From positions 186,001-250,000 of IMG/VR virus record IMGVR_UViG_3300020122_000238: a stretch of DNA of 64,000 nt. One strand, written 5' to 3'. The translations under genes were made by a program, and so were the position numbers. Numbering within the stretch: position 1 is the stretch's first letter; each line of letters starts with the position of its first letter. The notes under the pieces are model-generated. The model did not search any database and was not told the origin of the DNA. It saw nothing but the letters and a program-made list of their open reading frames with translations. Below are positions 27,107-35,927 of the stretch, in pieces.

Positions 27107-28423
27107 ATGAGTAACGTAATCCTGATCGCGGGCCTCAACTACGGAGATGAGGGCAAGGGGACGACCGTCGACTACCTCGCTCGGAAGCACGAAGCGCACA
27201 CGGTCGTCCGCTACAACGGCGGAGCCCAAGCAGGCCATTCGGTGGTCCTGGAGGATGATCGGCACCACACCTTCGCCCAGTTCGGGAGCGCCACCTTCGT
27301 CCCTGGGGTGAAGACGCACCTCAGCCGGCACATGCTCATCAACCCGATCTTCATGATGTCTGAGGAGAAGCACCTCCGCACTGTCGGCGTCGAGGATGCC
27401 TTCGAACGGATGACCATCGAACGGGATGCGCTGATCACGACTCCCTACCATGTCGCCGCGAATCGCATCCGGGAGATGGCTCGCTCAAACCGCCACGGAT
27501 CTTGTGGGATGGGAATCGGCGAGACGGTGAGCAGTCACCTGTTCCACCCTCAAGAGGATCTCCGGATTGGGGATCTGGAAGGGCCAATCACCGCGCGATT
27601 GGAGCAGATCCGAGCGCGGTATTTGTGGGAGCTGGCTACTCTGCACATTCCCGAGTGCAAGTTCCGCGACTACGATTGCATCTGCCCGTTCAAGCATGAA
27701 TGGGGCATGCTCTTGAACAAGAGCCTTCTCCCCTTGATTGTGGGGTTGCTCACGGGATTTCTCAAGCTCCCGCTCAAGGTTGTCGATGAGACCTACCTCC
27801 CGCTCATCATGGGGGAAGGGACCACGATCTTCGAGGGTGCTCAGGGTGTCCTCCTTGATCAGGACTACGGGTTCCACCCCTACACGACCTGGTCCGACAC
27901 GACCTTCAGCAACGCCCTCAACCTGATCGAAGGCTTCTCTGGAGACGTAAGGAAGATCGGGATCGTTCGATCCTACATGACCCGGCACGGGGCGGGCCCA
28001 TTCGTCACGGAAGATGTCACCCTCCAGCTCCCCTCCACGAAGGTTGAGCACAACTCGCTCAATCCCTGGCAATCGAATTTCCGGGTGGGGCATTTCGACG
28101 CCTTCGCGACCAATTACGCCCTCAAGGTGATTGGGGGTGTCGACGAGATCGCCATGACACACTGCGATGTGCCAAGTAGTGGTAAAATTTGTGTTGGATA
28201 CAGGGGAGAGTTTACCCCCGAAGTGCTTCAGGATATGCCGCATGTGAAGCATATTCGTGAAGACCTCGACGTTCGTACGGGTATCACAAATGCTCTTTTC
28301 AATGTCTTTCCGGTGTACTTGACCGATGTGGCAGAGAAGGATTTCATCCCCAAAATTGAAGATTTCGTGGGGACTCCCATCACCATCAAGTCGTACGGCC
28401 CCACGGCCAAGGACAAGCGATAA
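27107..28423 (+). CDS. divergent adenylosuccinate synthetase (PurA)-like ligase
   Basis: GDEGKG, GGAQAGH, EGAQGVLLD, TRHGAGPF and SYGP are present; the aspartate-binding TTGRxR loop is replaced by HNSLNPWQSNFR. Confidence 0.85.
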   Translation: MSNVILIAGLNYGDEGKGTTVDYLARKHEAHTVVRYNGGAQAGHSVVLEDDRHHTFAQFGSATFVPGVKTHLSRHMLINPIFMMSEEKHLRTVGVEDAFERMTIERDALITTPYHVAANRIREMARSNRHGSCGMGIGETVSSHLFHPQEDLRIGDLEGPITARLEQIRARYLWELATLHIPECKFRDYDCICPFKHEWGMLLNKSLLPLIVGLLTGFLKLPLKVVDETYLPLIMGEGTTIFEGAQGVLLDQDYGFHPYTTWSDTTFSNALNLIEGFSGDVRKIGIVRSYMTRHGAGPFVTEDVTLQLPSTKVEHNSLNPWQSNFRVGHFDAFATNYALKVIGGVDEIAMTHCDVPSSGKICVGYRGEFTPEVLQDMPHVKHIREDLDVRTGITNALFNVFPVYLTDVAEKDFIPKIEDFVGTPITIKSYGPTAKDKR

Positions 28424-29337
28424 TGGACCCCATCAAGATCATCCTCCCGCCCACCAGGCCCAAGCACGCGACGAACGCGTGGGAAGCCCTCATGGCGGAT
28501 GATGATGGTATCCTTGAGGGTGATACCGCGACCTTCACCTTCGACACGAAGGTTGCGGAAGGGGACCTCTGCGACATCTACCGAGGCACCTACAACGGCC
28601 GCCCGGCGGCTTTGAAGGTGTCCCATGGGGTCGACGTCAACGACCTCGTCGAGCATGAGGCGGACGTCATCCGGCACCTCTTCCCCGCAGAAGAGGCGAA
28701 CGTCGGGTTCCTCCGCTACCTCTCCAAGCTCAGCTACTCCTTCCATGACGAACGGGAGGGAAAGCGGATCAACGTCTTCCCCTGGCTCGGAGAACATGTC
28801 TCCGTCGCCGACATCCTGAAGGCGTATCCAGGCGGCATCGAGTACCAAAACATGGTCTGGATGTTCAAGCGTGGACTGGAAGGCCTCGGATACGTTCACG
28901 AAAAGAACGTCATTCACGGTGCGGTCCTCCCCCCGCATCTGCTGATCCATCCGGCCGACCACGGGGCCAAGCTGATCGACTGGTCCTACGCCGTCCTCAA
29001 CGCGGACGCACGACGGAACAAGGTCCGGGCCATGTCCGCACCCTGGAGGTCCTTCTATGCCCCCGAGATTCCCGGGAAAGGGATCCCGACGGCGGCGACG
29101 GATATCTACATGCTGGCCAAGTGCATGGTCGCTCTGCAAGGCGGGGACGTCACCACGGACGCGATGCCGGATACGACCCCAGAGCCCATTCAGAGGTTCT
29201 TGAGGGAGTGCCTGTCTCCCATGCAGCACCTTCGGCCGAACAGCGCATGGGATCTCGTCGAGGAGTTCAACGCGCTTCTTCGCTCCGTGATCGGCCCGCC
29301 GAAATACTTCAAGTTCGAGATGTCCCCCAAGGTGTAA
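28423..29337 (+). CDS. Ser/Thr kinase-fold protein lacking the catalytic HRD Asp (pseudokinase-like)
   Basis: AALKV and EHE kept; HGAVLPPH replaces HRDLKPEN; DWS replaces DFG; coupled to the PurA-like gene. Confidence 0.75.
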   Translation: MDPIKIILPPTRPKHATNAWEALMADDDGILEGDTATFTFDTKVAEGDLCDIYRGTYNGRPAALKVSHGVDVNDLVEHEADVIRHLFPAEEANVGFLRYLSKLSYSFHDEREGKRINVFPWLGEHVSVADILKAYPGGIEYQNMVWMFKRGLEGLGYVHEKNVIHGAVLPPHLLIHPADHGAKLIDWSYAVLNADARRNKVRAMSAPWRSFYAPEIPGKGIPTAATDIYMLAKCMVALQGGDVTTDAMPDTTPEPIQRFLRECLSPMQHLRPNSAWDLVEEFNALLRSVIGPPKYFKFEMSPKV

Positions 29338-29339
29338 TC

Positions 29340-29501
29340 ATGCTGAGTATGCAAAATATCCCGCCCGTCTGTGGGATCGTCATCGTGGTGGTTCTCATCC
29401 TCTCCGCTCTGGGGGTGGAAAATCGCTACTTGGGATACTTCATTATCGGAGCGGCGTTGGCCATGATTCTCGATGTGATCATCATGTGGGCACGTAAATA
29501 A
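29340..29501 (+). CDS. small two-TM membrane protein
   Basis: 53 aa with two hydrophobic stretches. Confidence 0.55.
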   Translation: MLSMQNIPPVCGIVIVVVLILSALGVENRYLGYFIIGAALAMILDVIIMWARK

Positions 29502-29532
29502 CGTTCTCCCACTCTGGCCGTAGAGGAGTTCC

Positions 29533-29841
29533 ATGTTCAAATTCAACGGAGGCCGGGGCGCAACGATATGTGACTTCTGCCGGACCATGTTGACCAGCGG
29601 GTCCCGCCAGATTCGACCTTTTCTCACGGTCAAGATGATGGAAGGGTCCGAAGAGCATCTCGCTTTGGTCCACCTGTGTGACGCACAGTGCTTGGCCAAG
29701 AAGATCGACCGCGTGGTCGATCAGACCGAAGCGGGCTGGGGTGACGACCACGACTTCGGAGCTGAGAACCTGCAACTCCTGATCGCCGCCCTCAAAGAGC
29801 AAGGCGTCAGGGAGGCTCGCCGTATCACGCAGCCTCGATAA
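29533..29841 (+). CDS. hypothetical protein
   Basis: MFKFNGGRGATICDFC; 102 aa. Confidence 0.6.
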   Translation: MFKFNGGRGATICDFCRTMLTSGSRQIRPFLTVKMMEGSEEHLALVHLCDAQCLAKKIDRVVDQTEAGWGDDHDFGAENLQLLIAALKEQGVREARRITQPR

Positions 29842-29897
29842 ACACAGCACACACCTAAAGTATTGACCTACCTCACGTCATACGTCAATATGTACGT

Positions 29898-30599
29898 ATG
29901 GGACGTCCTGCCACAGACCTGACGGATTTCAGGTCTGGTAAACTAACAGCCACACATCGAGAAGGGAGCACTGCTCAAGGAGCTGCTCTCTGGTTCTGCC
30001 GTTGCGATTGCGGGGAATTCGTACTCGTTCGAGGCACCAAGCTCAAATCAGGACAGATACAATCCTGTGGGTGCGGGATGCGTGAGTACCAAAACAGCCC
30101 AAAAGACTGGGAGATTCACGGTCAGGCGGGCACCCCAAAACGCAAGCCCACATCACTTTACAACACCTGGACCCTGATGCGATCCAGGTGTTGTAAAGTG
30201 AGAAACCCTGACTATCCGTCATATGGCGGGCGGGGGGTACAAGTGTGTGAAAGATGGCTAAATAGCTTCACGGCTTTCCAAGAAGATATGGGGCCGAAGC
30301 CGGGAGCCTCATACACAATCGATCGTATCGATGTCAACGGGAACTACACCCCCGAAAATTGTAGGTGGGCCACACGTAAAGAACAGGCGAGAAACCGCCG
30401 AGATAATGTCTTTGTGTCTTACGAAGGTGAGACGCTGTGCCTCACAAACTGGTCCGAACGTTTCGGGGTTGCAGCTAGAGACATCAAACGAAGGCTGTAC
30501 TTGGGCTGGTCTATTGAGCGAGCCCTGAGAGAACCTTCTCGTATGCTACCCAAGAGGCGACATGGTGACTCCGAAAGAAGTGGGCTGGGGATCGTATAA
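29898..30599 (+). CDS. free-standing HNH homing endonuclease
   Basis: WFCRCDCG, SCGC, YGGRGVQVCERW, TIDRIDVNGNYTPENCRWAT..EQARN; AT-richer than flanks. Confidence 0.85.
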   Translation: MGRPATDLTDFRSGKLTATHREGSTAQGAALWFCRCDCGEFVLVRGTKLKSGQIQSCGCGMREYQNSPKDWEIHGQAGTPKRKPTSLYNTWTLMRSRCCKVRNPDYPSYGGRGVQVCERWLNSFTAFQEDMGPKPGASYTIDRIDVNGNYTPENCRWATRKEQARNRRDNVFVSYEGETLCLTNWSERFGVAARDIKRRLYLGWSIERALREPSRMLPKRRHGDSERSGLGIV

Positions 30600-31689
30600 A
30601 TCCTATGAAGGACCGATTTGGCTCGGTCGCGATACCCCCTACAAGATGCCCGACGCCCCTACAAGTGCGGAGAAAGTGATGACTGTCATCACAAGTACGG
30701 AAGGGGGGTCCTTCTCAGCGATCAACATGTACGACCGCATGGTTATTTCATGCGGCATTTTGCAGTGGGGCGAGGCAGGCCAGTACAGCGTCTCCGATAT
30801 GATCGGGGCCATCGTTGACCAGGCAGGGGGCTTCCCGAAGCCTTTCCAAACCCAGCTCTCCAACGTCGACATCAACTTCGAGAAGAACGCCAAGGGGCGC
30901 TGGAGGTTCTTCTTCCGGGACTTCCGAGGTGAGGTCGACCGTCTCGGAGAGCAGAAGCAGCTCTTCTTGCTCCGCTCGAATGGCCTGAAGGGGACATGGG
31001 ACGAGGGCTCCAAGGAGTACGCCAAGAGCTGGGCAGCGGCTATCGCGAGCACCCTGGCACTCCCCGAGGCGCAGAAGGTCCAGGTTGCCTTCACGGTCCC
31101 GAAACTCTTGAGCTTCATCACGCCCGAGGCCCATGCGATCCTTTGGGAAGGGTCTCTCACGACGGACGCATCCGCCATGTCTTCTGGCTGGATCGGGGCT
31201 CTCCGTTCGGCCTACCTTTCCTTCGCCGCCAATCTCCCCATGGTCGCAAGCAACCAGCTCAAGATCGCGGTCGCGAAGTCAAAGGCTCCGAAGTGGTCCT
31301 CGGACTGGTGCATCGACATCTTGAAGCAGCTCACCTTTGGGCCGCAGATCACGATCTACCCGGTCCGCTACAACGGGATCCGGCCGGTCATTGAGCGGAT
31401 CTACGGTGTGGACCTACCTGACTTCGCTGCGGATCTCCAGGCATGGAGCGCGAAGCTGGGGATCGACCCGACGGATTCGATGCCTCCTTTCCTGACCCCG
31501 AAAGAGATTCAGATGGAGCTGATCGCAGAGGGTTATGACCTCGGGCCGGCGGGAGCTGATGGGCGGATTGGGGTCAAGACCACGGATGCCTTGTTTGCAT
31601 TCCAGGCAATACACGGGCTCAAGGTCGACGGAATCATCGGACCCATGACCCGCAAGGCTCTTCTGGCCGAGTGGCAGCGGCGGAACTAG
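30562..31689 (+). CDS. putative endolysin: lysozyme-like N-domain plus C-terminal PG_binding_1 domain
   Basis: C-terminal IQMEL..GYDLGPAGADG.IG.KT.DAL.AFQ..HGL.VDGIIGP.T; N-terminal EGGS.SAINMYD...SCGILQW. Confidence 0.7.
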   Translation: MVTPKEVGWGSYKSYEGPIWLGRDTPYKMPDAPTSAEKVMTVITSTEGGSFSAINMYDRMVISCGILQWGEAGQYSVSDMIGAIVDQAGGFPKPFQTQLSNVDINFEKNAKGRWRFFFRDFRGEVDRLGEQKQLFLLRSNGLKGTWDEGSKEYAKSWAAAIASTLALPEAQKVQVAFTVPKLLSFITPEAHAILWEGSLTTDASAMSSGWIGALRSAYLSFAANLPMVASNQLKIAVAKSKAPKWSSDWCIDILKQLTFGPQITIYPVRYNGIRPVIERIYGVDLPDFAADLQAWSAKLGIDPTDSMPPFLTPKEIQMELIAEGYDLGPAGADGRIGVKTTDALFAFQAIHGLKVDGIIGPMTRKALLAEWQRRN

Positions 31690-31749
31690 AGGAGGCGCCA
31701 AGTCGGAAGATGTAGGAGCTTGGGCGCATCCCACATCTTCACACCGACA

Positions 31750-32466
31750 TCAGATCGTCGGGATGGTCATCGACTCGACCGGCTCATCGACGGCCTCCGG
31801 CTTCAAGATGTCCGCGGTCGTGAAGCTCGGGATGTGCGTGCCGAACCAGCGAACAGCAACCCCCATGCGGAGCTGGCTCTCCTTGGAGCCGCCCTCGCAT
31901 GTGCCGCTCGCATAGGCCCGGAGACCCTCCAGCGTGCCAAGACGTGAGCACGAAGCCACCGACGACTTCATCAAGTGATGCGCCGCTCGAAAGCACTTCT
32001 TCCGATCCGCTAGCAGCTCGTCAGCCGTCCACCCAATCTGGACATCGGCTGCATCATCGTAGGGAGAAGCCCAGCGACTCAGGGTCTTGTTCCAGTCCCT
32101 CGTTCGCCCCTTACCCACGTTGATCTGCATCAAGCAGACGCTCTTCCCACCGTCGCCTCGAAGGAGGCCATTGTCCACCTTCGAGGCGAAACGACCCGAC
32201 TCAAAGTAGGCCCCTCCGAGCATTGCCGCAGCCGTGCGAACAAGCCCATGGTCTGGACCTTTTGCCGGGGTGCTGTAGAAAGAAGGCTCGCTCATGACCA
32301 CTTCAGCAAGGTCTTGGGCAGTCTGCTCATACCGTGCCTGGGTTTGCTCGGGAGTTTCGAGACCTCCCCCATATTGGGTGTGACCCGGCGGAGACTTAGT
32401 CACCAAGAACGTCAGGATCCAAGAAACAAGCAACTTCACAATCAACCTCCTGAAAGCCTGACCCAA
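31750..32466 (-). CDS. secreted lysozyme/lytic-transglycosylase-fold protein
   Basis: N-terminal hydrophobic signal; YFESG...GDGGKSVCLMQI. Confidence 0.55.
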   Translation of the reverse strand: MGQAFRRLIVKLLVSWILTFLVTKSPPGHTQYGGGLETPEQTQARYEQTAQDLAEVVMSEPSFYSTPAKGPDHGLVRTAAAMLGGAYFESGRFASKVDNGLLRGDGGKSVCLMQINVGKGRTRDWNKTLSRWASPYDDAADVQIGWTADELLADRKKCFRAAHHLMKSSVASCSRLGTLEGLRAYASGTCEGGSKESQLRMGVAVRWFGTHIPSFTTADILKPEAVDEPVESMTIPTI

Positions 32467-32605
32467 AAAGGGTAGGGCTGGCCTTTCTACACCAGATAAA
32501 GTCTAAATCAAGAGAAATCGACGTAATTATGAGCCTTTTGGGGATCCACACCCCCAAAAGGCTCATAATTTCTAGAACGCCTACACTTCTGGTGTAGACG
32601 CCCTT

Positions 32606-33121
32606 GTGACCATCGACGCAAAGAAGCTCCGGGCGATTCACGAGATGTTCCTGTGCAAGTCTCCGGACTCGACTCAAGAACTCCTCTACACAGCATACCC
32701 CAAAGCACGAGGTTTCTCCCACAATGAACGGAATCTAGCGGTTCTCGACGCGACCATCATTTTGGGGCTAGCTCAGACGTGGCCGGAAAACGAAGAGGAA
32801 CCGAACCAGGTGTTTTTCTTGGTCCGGTCCGCAGACGAGCTGGTCTGGTGTCTGAAAAGGCTCAAGGAGATCGCCAGAGGCTTCTTCGAGCGCCTCAAGC
32901 AGATGCCCAGTCAGAAGGAGGCCAAGGTGCAAGCGGCAAAGCTCATTGCCTCTTTCTTCAACAACCTTCGTATCGGGATCTCCACTCAGTTTGACGAGCC
33001 CCCGGCAAACTGGGTGTCCTTTAGCTACCTCGCATCCGACCCGGTCCCGACCTGGATGCGAGACAAGCTTATCCCTGTGCCTGTGCAACAGGACATGTTC
33101 GCCGGAGTCGAGGAGCAGTGA
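32606..33121 (+). CDS. hypothetical protein
   Basis: GTG start 9 nt after GGTGTA (32591-32596). Confidence 0.7.
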   Translation: MTIDAKKLRAIHEMFLCKSPDSTQELLYTAYPKARGFSHNERNLAVLDATIILGLAQTWPENEEEPNQVFFLVRSADELVWCLKRLKEIARGFFERLKQMPSQKEAKVQAAKLIASFFNNLRIGISTQFDEPPANWVSFSYLASDPVPTWMRDKLIPVPVQQDMFAGVEEQ

Positions 33122-33213
33122 GTATGTCCAGAGAGTAGACTTTCACGTTTTCCGTCTAGTACGTGATCCAACATACTAGACGATACCCGTCGAAGTCGGT
33201 GTAACCTCTCCCC

Positions 33214-34029
33214 ATGTATGACGATGCCTCGCTGGACGATTACTGGGCCATGTTGCGGCCCCCCGAGCCCATGCCGTCCCCTGTGATCTCCCTTGAGACC
33301 GCTACCGAATGGCTGAAAACCATTGGGGCTCCGAGACATTCTCCCCTCTTGGTAGTCCCTGGTACATCTGTGGAGCGTTGCAGCGTTTTTCGGGCTCTGG
33401 GGAAAGTCGTGGACAGCACCTACTTCGAGTGCGACCTGGAAAACGCCTCCTGGTTAGAGGTGGGTCTCGACACGACCATCGCAGCTCTCGTCTCCTGTCA
33501 GGACCTCGATCTGGAGGGCACCATTCGAACGATGGCTGACACGTCCCATTACCTGGAGCATGACGTGTACCGGATTCTCTGGGAAATTCGGTTCTTGCGT
33601 CGTGAAGATCGGCATCAAGCGGACGAGCTGTTCGATATCTTCCGGCGATTGGTCCGTGACACACAACTTCGAGAACATGAGGTTCGGAGGCTCCGGGACC
33701 TTGGCATCTCGAAGTTCATCTTCTCTTTCCGGGAGAAAGTGGAAGTGCTGTGCTTCCTCCGCACCCTCGCCTCTCAGAACGAAATCCCGAGTCGCCTGGT
33801 TCTTTCTTTCGACGGGTTGGACCAGGCCATACAAGCTGAGAACAAGGGGGTTCTTCGCCAGCTCGTGATGCTCATCTCTGAAGTCCGACGTTGGACGCTA
33901 ATCACCAGTTGCCCGATTGGCATCCTCCTGGGTTTTTCAGCGGCCCGAAGTAATACCGCAAAACTCCGCAAGCTCAATCAGAATCTCACCGCCGAAATGG
34001 AGGCCGGGCTCGCCTGGACCAAGTCATGA
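33214..34029 (+). CDS. hypothetical protein with N-terminal acidic-YW-Pro tag
   Basis: MYDDASLDDYWAMLRPPEP; GGTGTA 10 nt upstream. Confidence 0.7.
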   Translation: MYDDASLDDYWAMLRPPEPMPSPVISLETATEWLKTIGAPRHSPLLVVPGTSVERCSVFRALGKVVDSTYFECDLENASWLEVGLDTTIAALVSCQDLDLEGTIRTMADTSHYLEHDVYRILWEIRFLRREDRHQADELFDIFRRLVRDTQLREHEVRRLRDLGISKFIFSFREKVEVLCFLRTLASQNEIPSRLVLSFDGLDQAIQAENKGVLRQLVMLISEVRRWTLITSCPIGILLGFSAARSNTAKLRKLNQNLTAEMEAGLAWTKS

Positions 34030-34535
34030 TCCGGATCAATTTCACTTGCGATGTTGTCGAACTCGAACCGCTCAACACTGACGAGTACGACGGCCTGCTC
34101 ATGGTGATCTCCACAGCCACCACCCCGATTGGAGGGAATGACCAGGTGAAACATCAGGATACGGCGACGGGGGAATGGGACGACATCCCTGTTTCTGCGG
34201 GGGCCCGCTCAACAGGGGGGTTGGTCTTCCGGGAGCGGCAAGTCACTCTGCCGGGGAAGTACCTGATCCGCTCCGCGATCCGCAATGGGAAAGAGCCCTT
34301 CAGGACTTTCGACCTCTTCCTCGAACATCTGGGAGACCGAAATGCCCGCCTCACGGTCGAGCCTGGAAGCACCCTTGCGTTCTGGATCATGGGCAACTTC
34401 GACCCGATCTTGATCGGTGCAGAGCGTACGATCATTCACATCGAGAATGGGCAAATCACGTTGATCGACACAGGGAAGCCGAGCGATCAGCGCCGTCCGA
34501 CCGCCTGGGAGAAAATGGACGACGACGACATCTAG
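34026..34535 (+). CDS. hypothetical protein with C-terminal tag
   Basis: ends PTAWEKMDDDDI. Confidence 0.7.
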   Translation: MIRINFTCDVVELEPLNTDEYDGLLMVISTATTPIGGNDQVKHQDTATGEWDDIPVSAGARSTGGLVFRERQVTLPGKYLIRSAIRNGKEPFRTFDLFLEHLGDRNARLTVEPGSTLAFWIMGNFDPILIGAERTIIHIENGQITLIDTGKPSDQRRPTAWEKMDDDDI

Positions 34536-34556
34536 CTCTTGGTGTCCATAGAAGGG

Positions 34557-35159
34557 ATGCCCCCTCGTCACCATCAACTAGACCCCCAAAGTGGAATGGG
34601 TATGAGCCCTCCGCACTGCCTCGTCTGTCGGGCCAGCTTCAACCCCAACGAGCCGCTCACCTCATGCGACCATATCTCGATCGACGACCTGAAGATCCAG
34701 ACAGTCTACGACATCGACATGGACGAGAAGCCCATCGGCATGGGGCTCTCGGGGGAGTGCTTCAACCTGAAGTGCCCCGACTGCAAGCAGACCTTCATGC
34801 AGCTCCGCAAGTCCATGCACGGGCTCTTCTATGGGTGCCCTTCCTACCCCGCGTGCAAGGGCACTCACGGGGCCAATGCGGACGGCGCTCCGAAGGGCAT
34901 CCCTGGAGACTTCGCGACCCGTCAGGCCCGTATAGCGGTTCACCTGGTCTTCGATCGTATATGGAATCAACCTGGCTCCAACCTGACCCGAATCCAGGCC
35001 TATACCTGGATGGCTTGGGAAATGAGGCTGGGAATCATGGAAGCCCATATCGCACGCTTCGACATTGAAATGTGCGAGAAGCTCGTCTCCCTGGTGAAAA
35101 AACACTTCGGGGTCACGAACGCGTGGGAAGCCATCCTCGACGACTCCATCTGGGATTGA
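34557..35159 (+). CDS. zinc-finger protein (topoisomerase Zn-ribbon/DUF3268-like) with C-terminal tag
   Basis: CPDC...FYGCPSYPAC.GTHGA..DG.P.G.P...TRQAR..VH..FD.IW; ends TNAWEAILDDSIWD. Confidence 0.75.
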   Translation: MPPRHHQLDPQSGMGMSPPHCLVCRASFNPNEPLTSCDHISIDDLKIQTVYDIDMDEKPIGMGLSGECFNLKCPDCKQTFMQLRKSMHGLFYGCPSYPACKGTHGANADGAPKGIPGDFATRQARIAVHLVFDRIWNQPGSNLTRIQAYTWMAWEMRLGIMEAHIARFDIEMCEKLVSLVKKHFGVTNAWEAILDDSIWD

Positions 35160-35183
35160 CGTCGTAAGACGCTACCCCGAAGG

Positions 35184-35408
35184 ATGGGTCCCCCAACAGC
35201 GTTTGCCGGGGGTTCATTTTGCGCCCGCGGACCCATGCGTCTTATCGACGGACCCTACGGCCGGTTCTACGGCTGCAAGCACTGGCCTGACTGTGTGTCT
35301 CGAATTCCGGCCGAGTATGACGGTACGCCGAAGTACCCGAAAAAGAAGCTGCCCCGAAGTCATTCGCGGGGCAGCTTCTTTCGGACGACTTCGACTAGTC
35401 GTTGGTGA
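35184..35408 (+). CDS. degenerate topoisomerase-type Zn-ribbon ORF
   Basis: PMRLIDGPYGRFYGCKHWPDC; the first Cys pair is incomplete. Confidence 0.4.
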   Translation: MGPPTAFAGGSFCARGPMRLIDGPYGRFYGCKHWPDCVSRIPAEYDGTPKYPKKKLPRSHSRGSFFRTTSTSRW

Positions 35409-35841
35409 CGGTCTCGACCGTCCAGTAAGGCGGGAGGGGCTCGGCGATCCGAGCGGCCATGGCCTGGACGACGTCCAGGGGAGTTCCGTGCAGGTTCCGA
35501 GCTGCCGCCTTCTCGACAGAGCACTCGATGCGCAGGATGGCCGCCTCGTACCCGAAGGCCGAAGCCGCGAGCATGTAAGGCGCGATCTCGGCAACCGACG
35601 TGTTCGTGTTGTCGACGACGATGAGACTCCAGTCGGCCTCCAACGCAATGAGGAATCTCTTGAAGCACCTTCCGTGCGCTTCCCCGATCTTGGTGGGATC
35701 GAACTCATACTCCCCCGCCTCGTTGACCATGAATTGGTCGGTGGAGACGATGACCGCCTGGTTGACACCCTCGACCAGCTTTTTTGCAATCGTGGACTTC
35801 CCCGATCCCGACAGACCTTGCAAAACGATAACCTTCGGCAT
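35395..35841 (-). CDS. AAA_33/polynucleotide-kinase-like P-loop protein
   Basis: GLSGSGKST, VSTDQF, IVVDNTN. Confidence 0.8.
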   Translation of the reverse strand: MPKVIVLQGLSGSGKSTIAKKLVEGVNQAVIVSTDQFMVNEAGEYEFDPTKIGEAHGRCFKRFLIALEADWSLIVVDNTNTSVAEIAPYMLAASAFGYEAAILRIECSVEKAAARNLHGTPLDVVQAMAARIAEPLPPYWTVETVTND

Positions 35842-35850
35842 GTGTACATC

Positions 35851-35876
35851 TACACAGGAAGAGGGAGGGGGATCAA
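35851..35876 (-). promoter_or_regulatory. class I motif TTGATC-N16-TGTA
   Basis: 9 nt upstream of ATG 35841; one of a divergent pair. Confidence 0.75.
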
Positions 35877-35891
35877 CCATATTTTCCCTGG

Positions 35892-35917
35892 TTGATCCCC
35901 CTCCCGGTGTTTTTGTA
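35892..35917 (+). promoter_or_regulatory. class I motif TTGATC-N16-TGTA
   Basis: 10 nt upstream of ATG 35928. Confidence 0.75.
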
Positions 35918-35927
35918 AGACGACCAC

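Noticed and set aside
27107-28423. PurZ (2-aminoadenine, Z-genome pathway)
   Set aside because: It keeps the PurA-type Asp in GDEGKG, where PurZ has Ser. No dATPase or MazG-like partner is seen in the window.
27107-28423. Assigning the symbol purA
   Set aside because: The aspartate-binding loop and the IMP-site GTT are replaced, so canonical function is unsupported.
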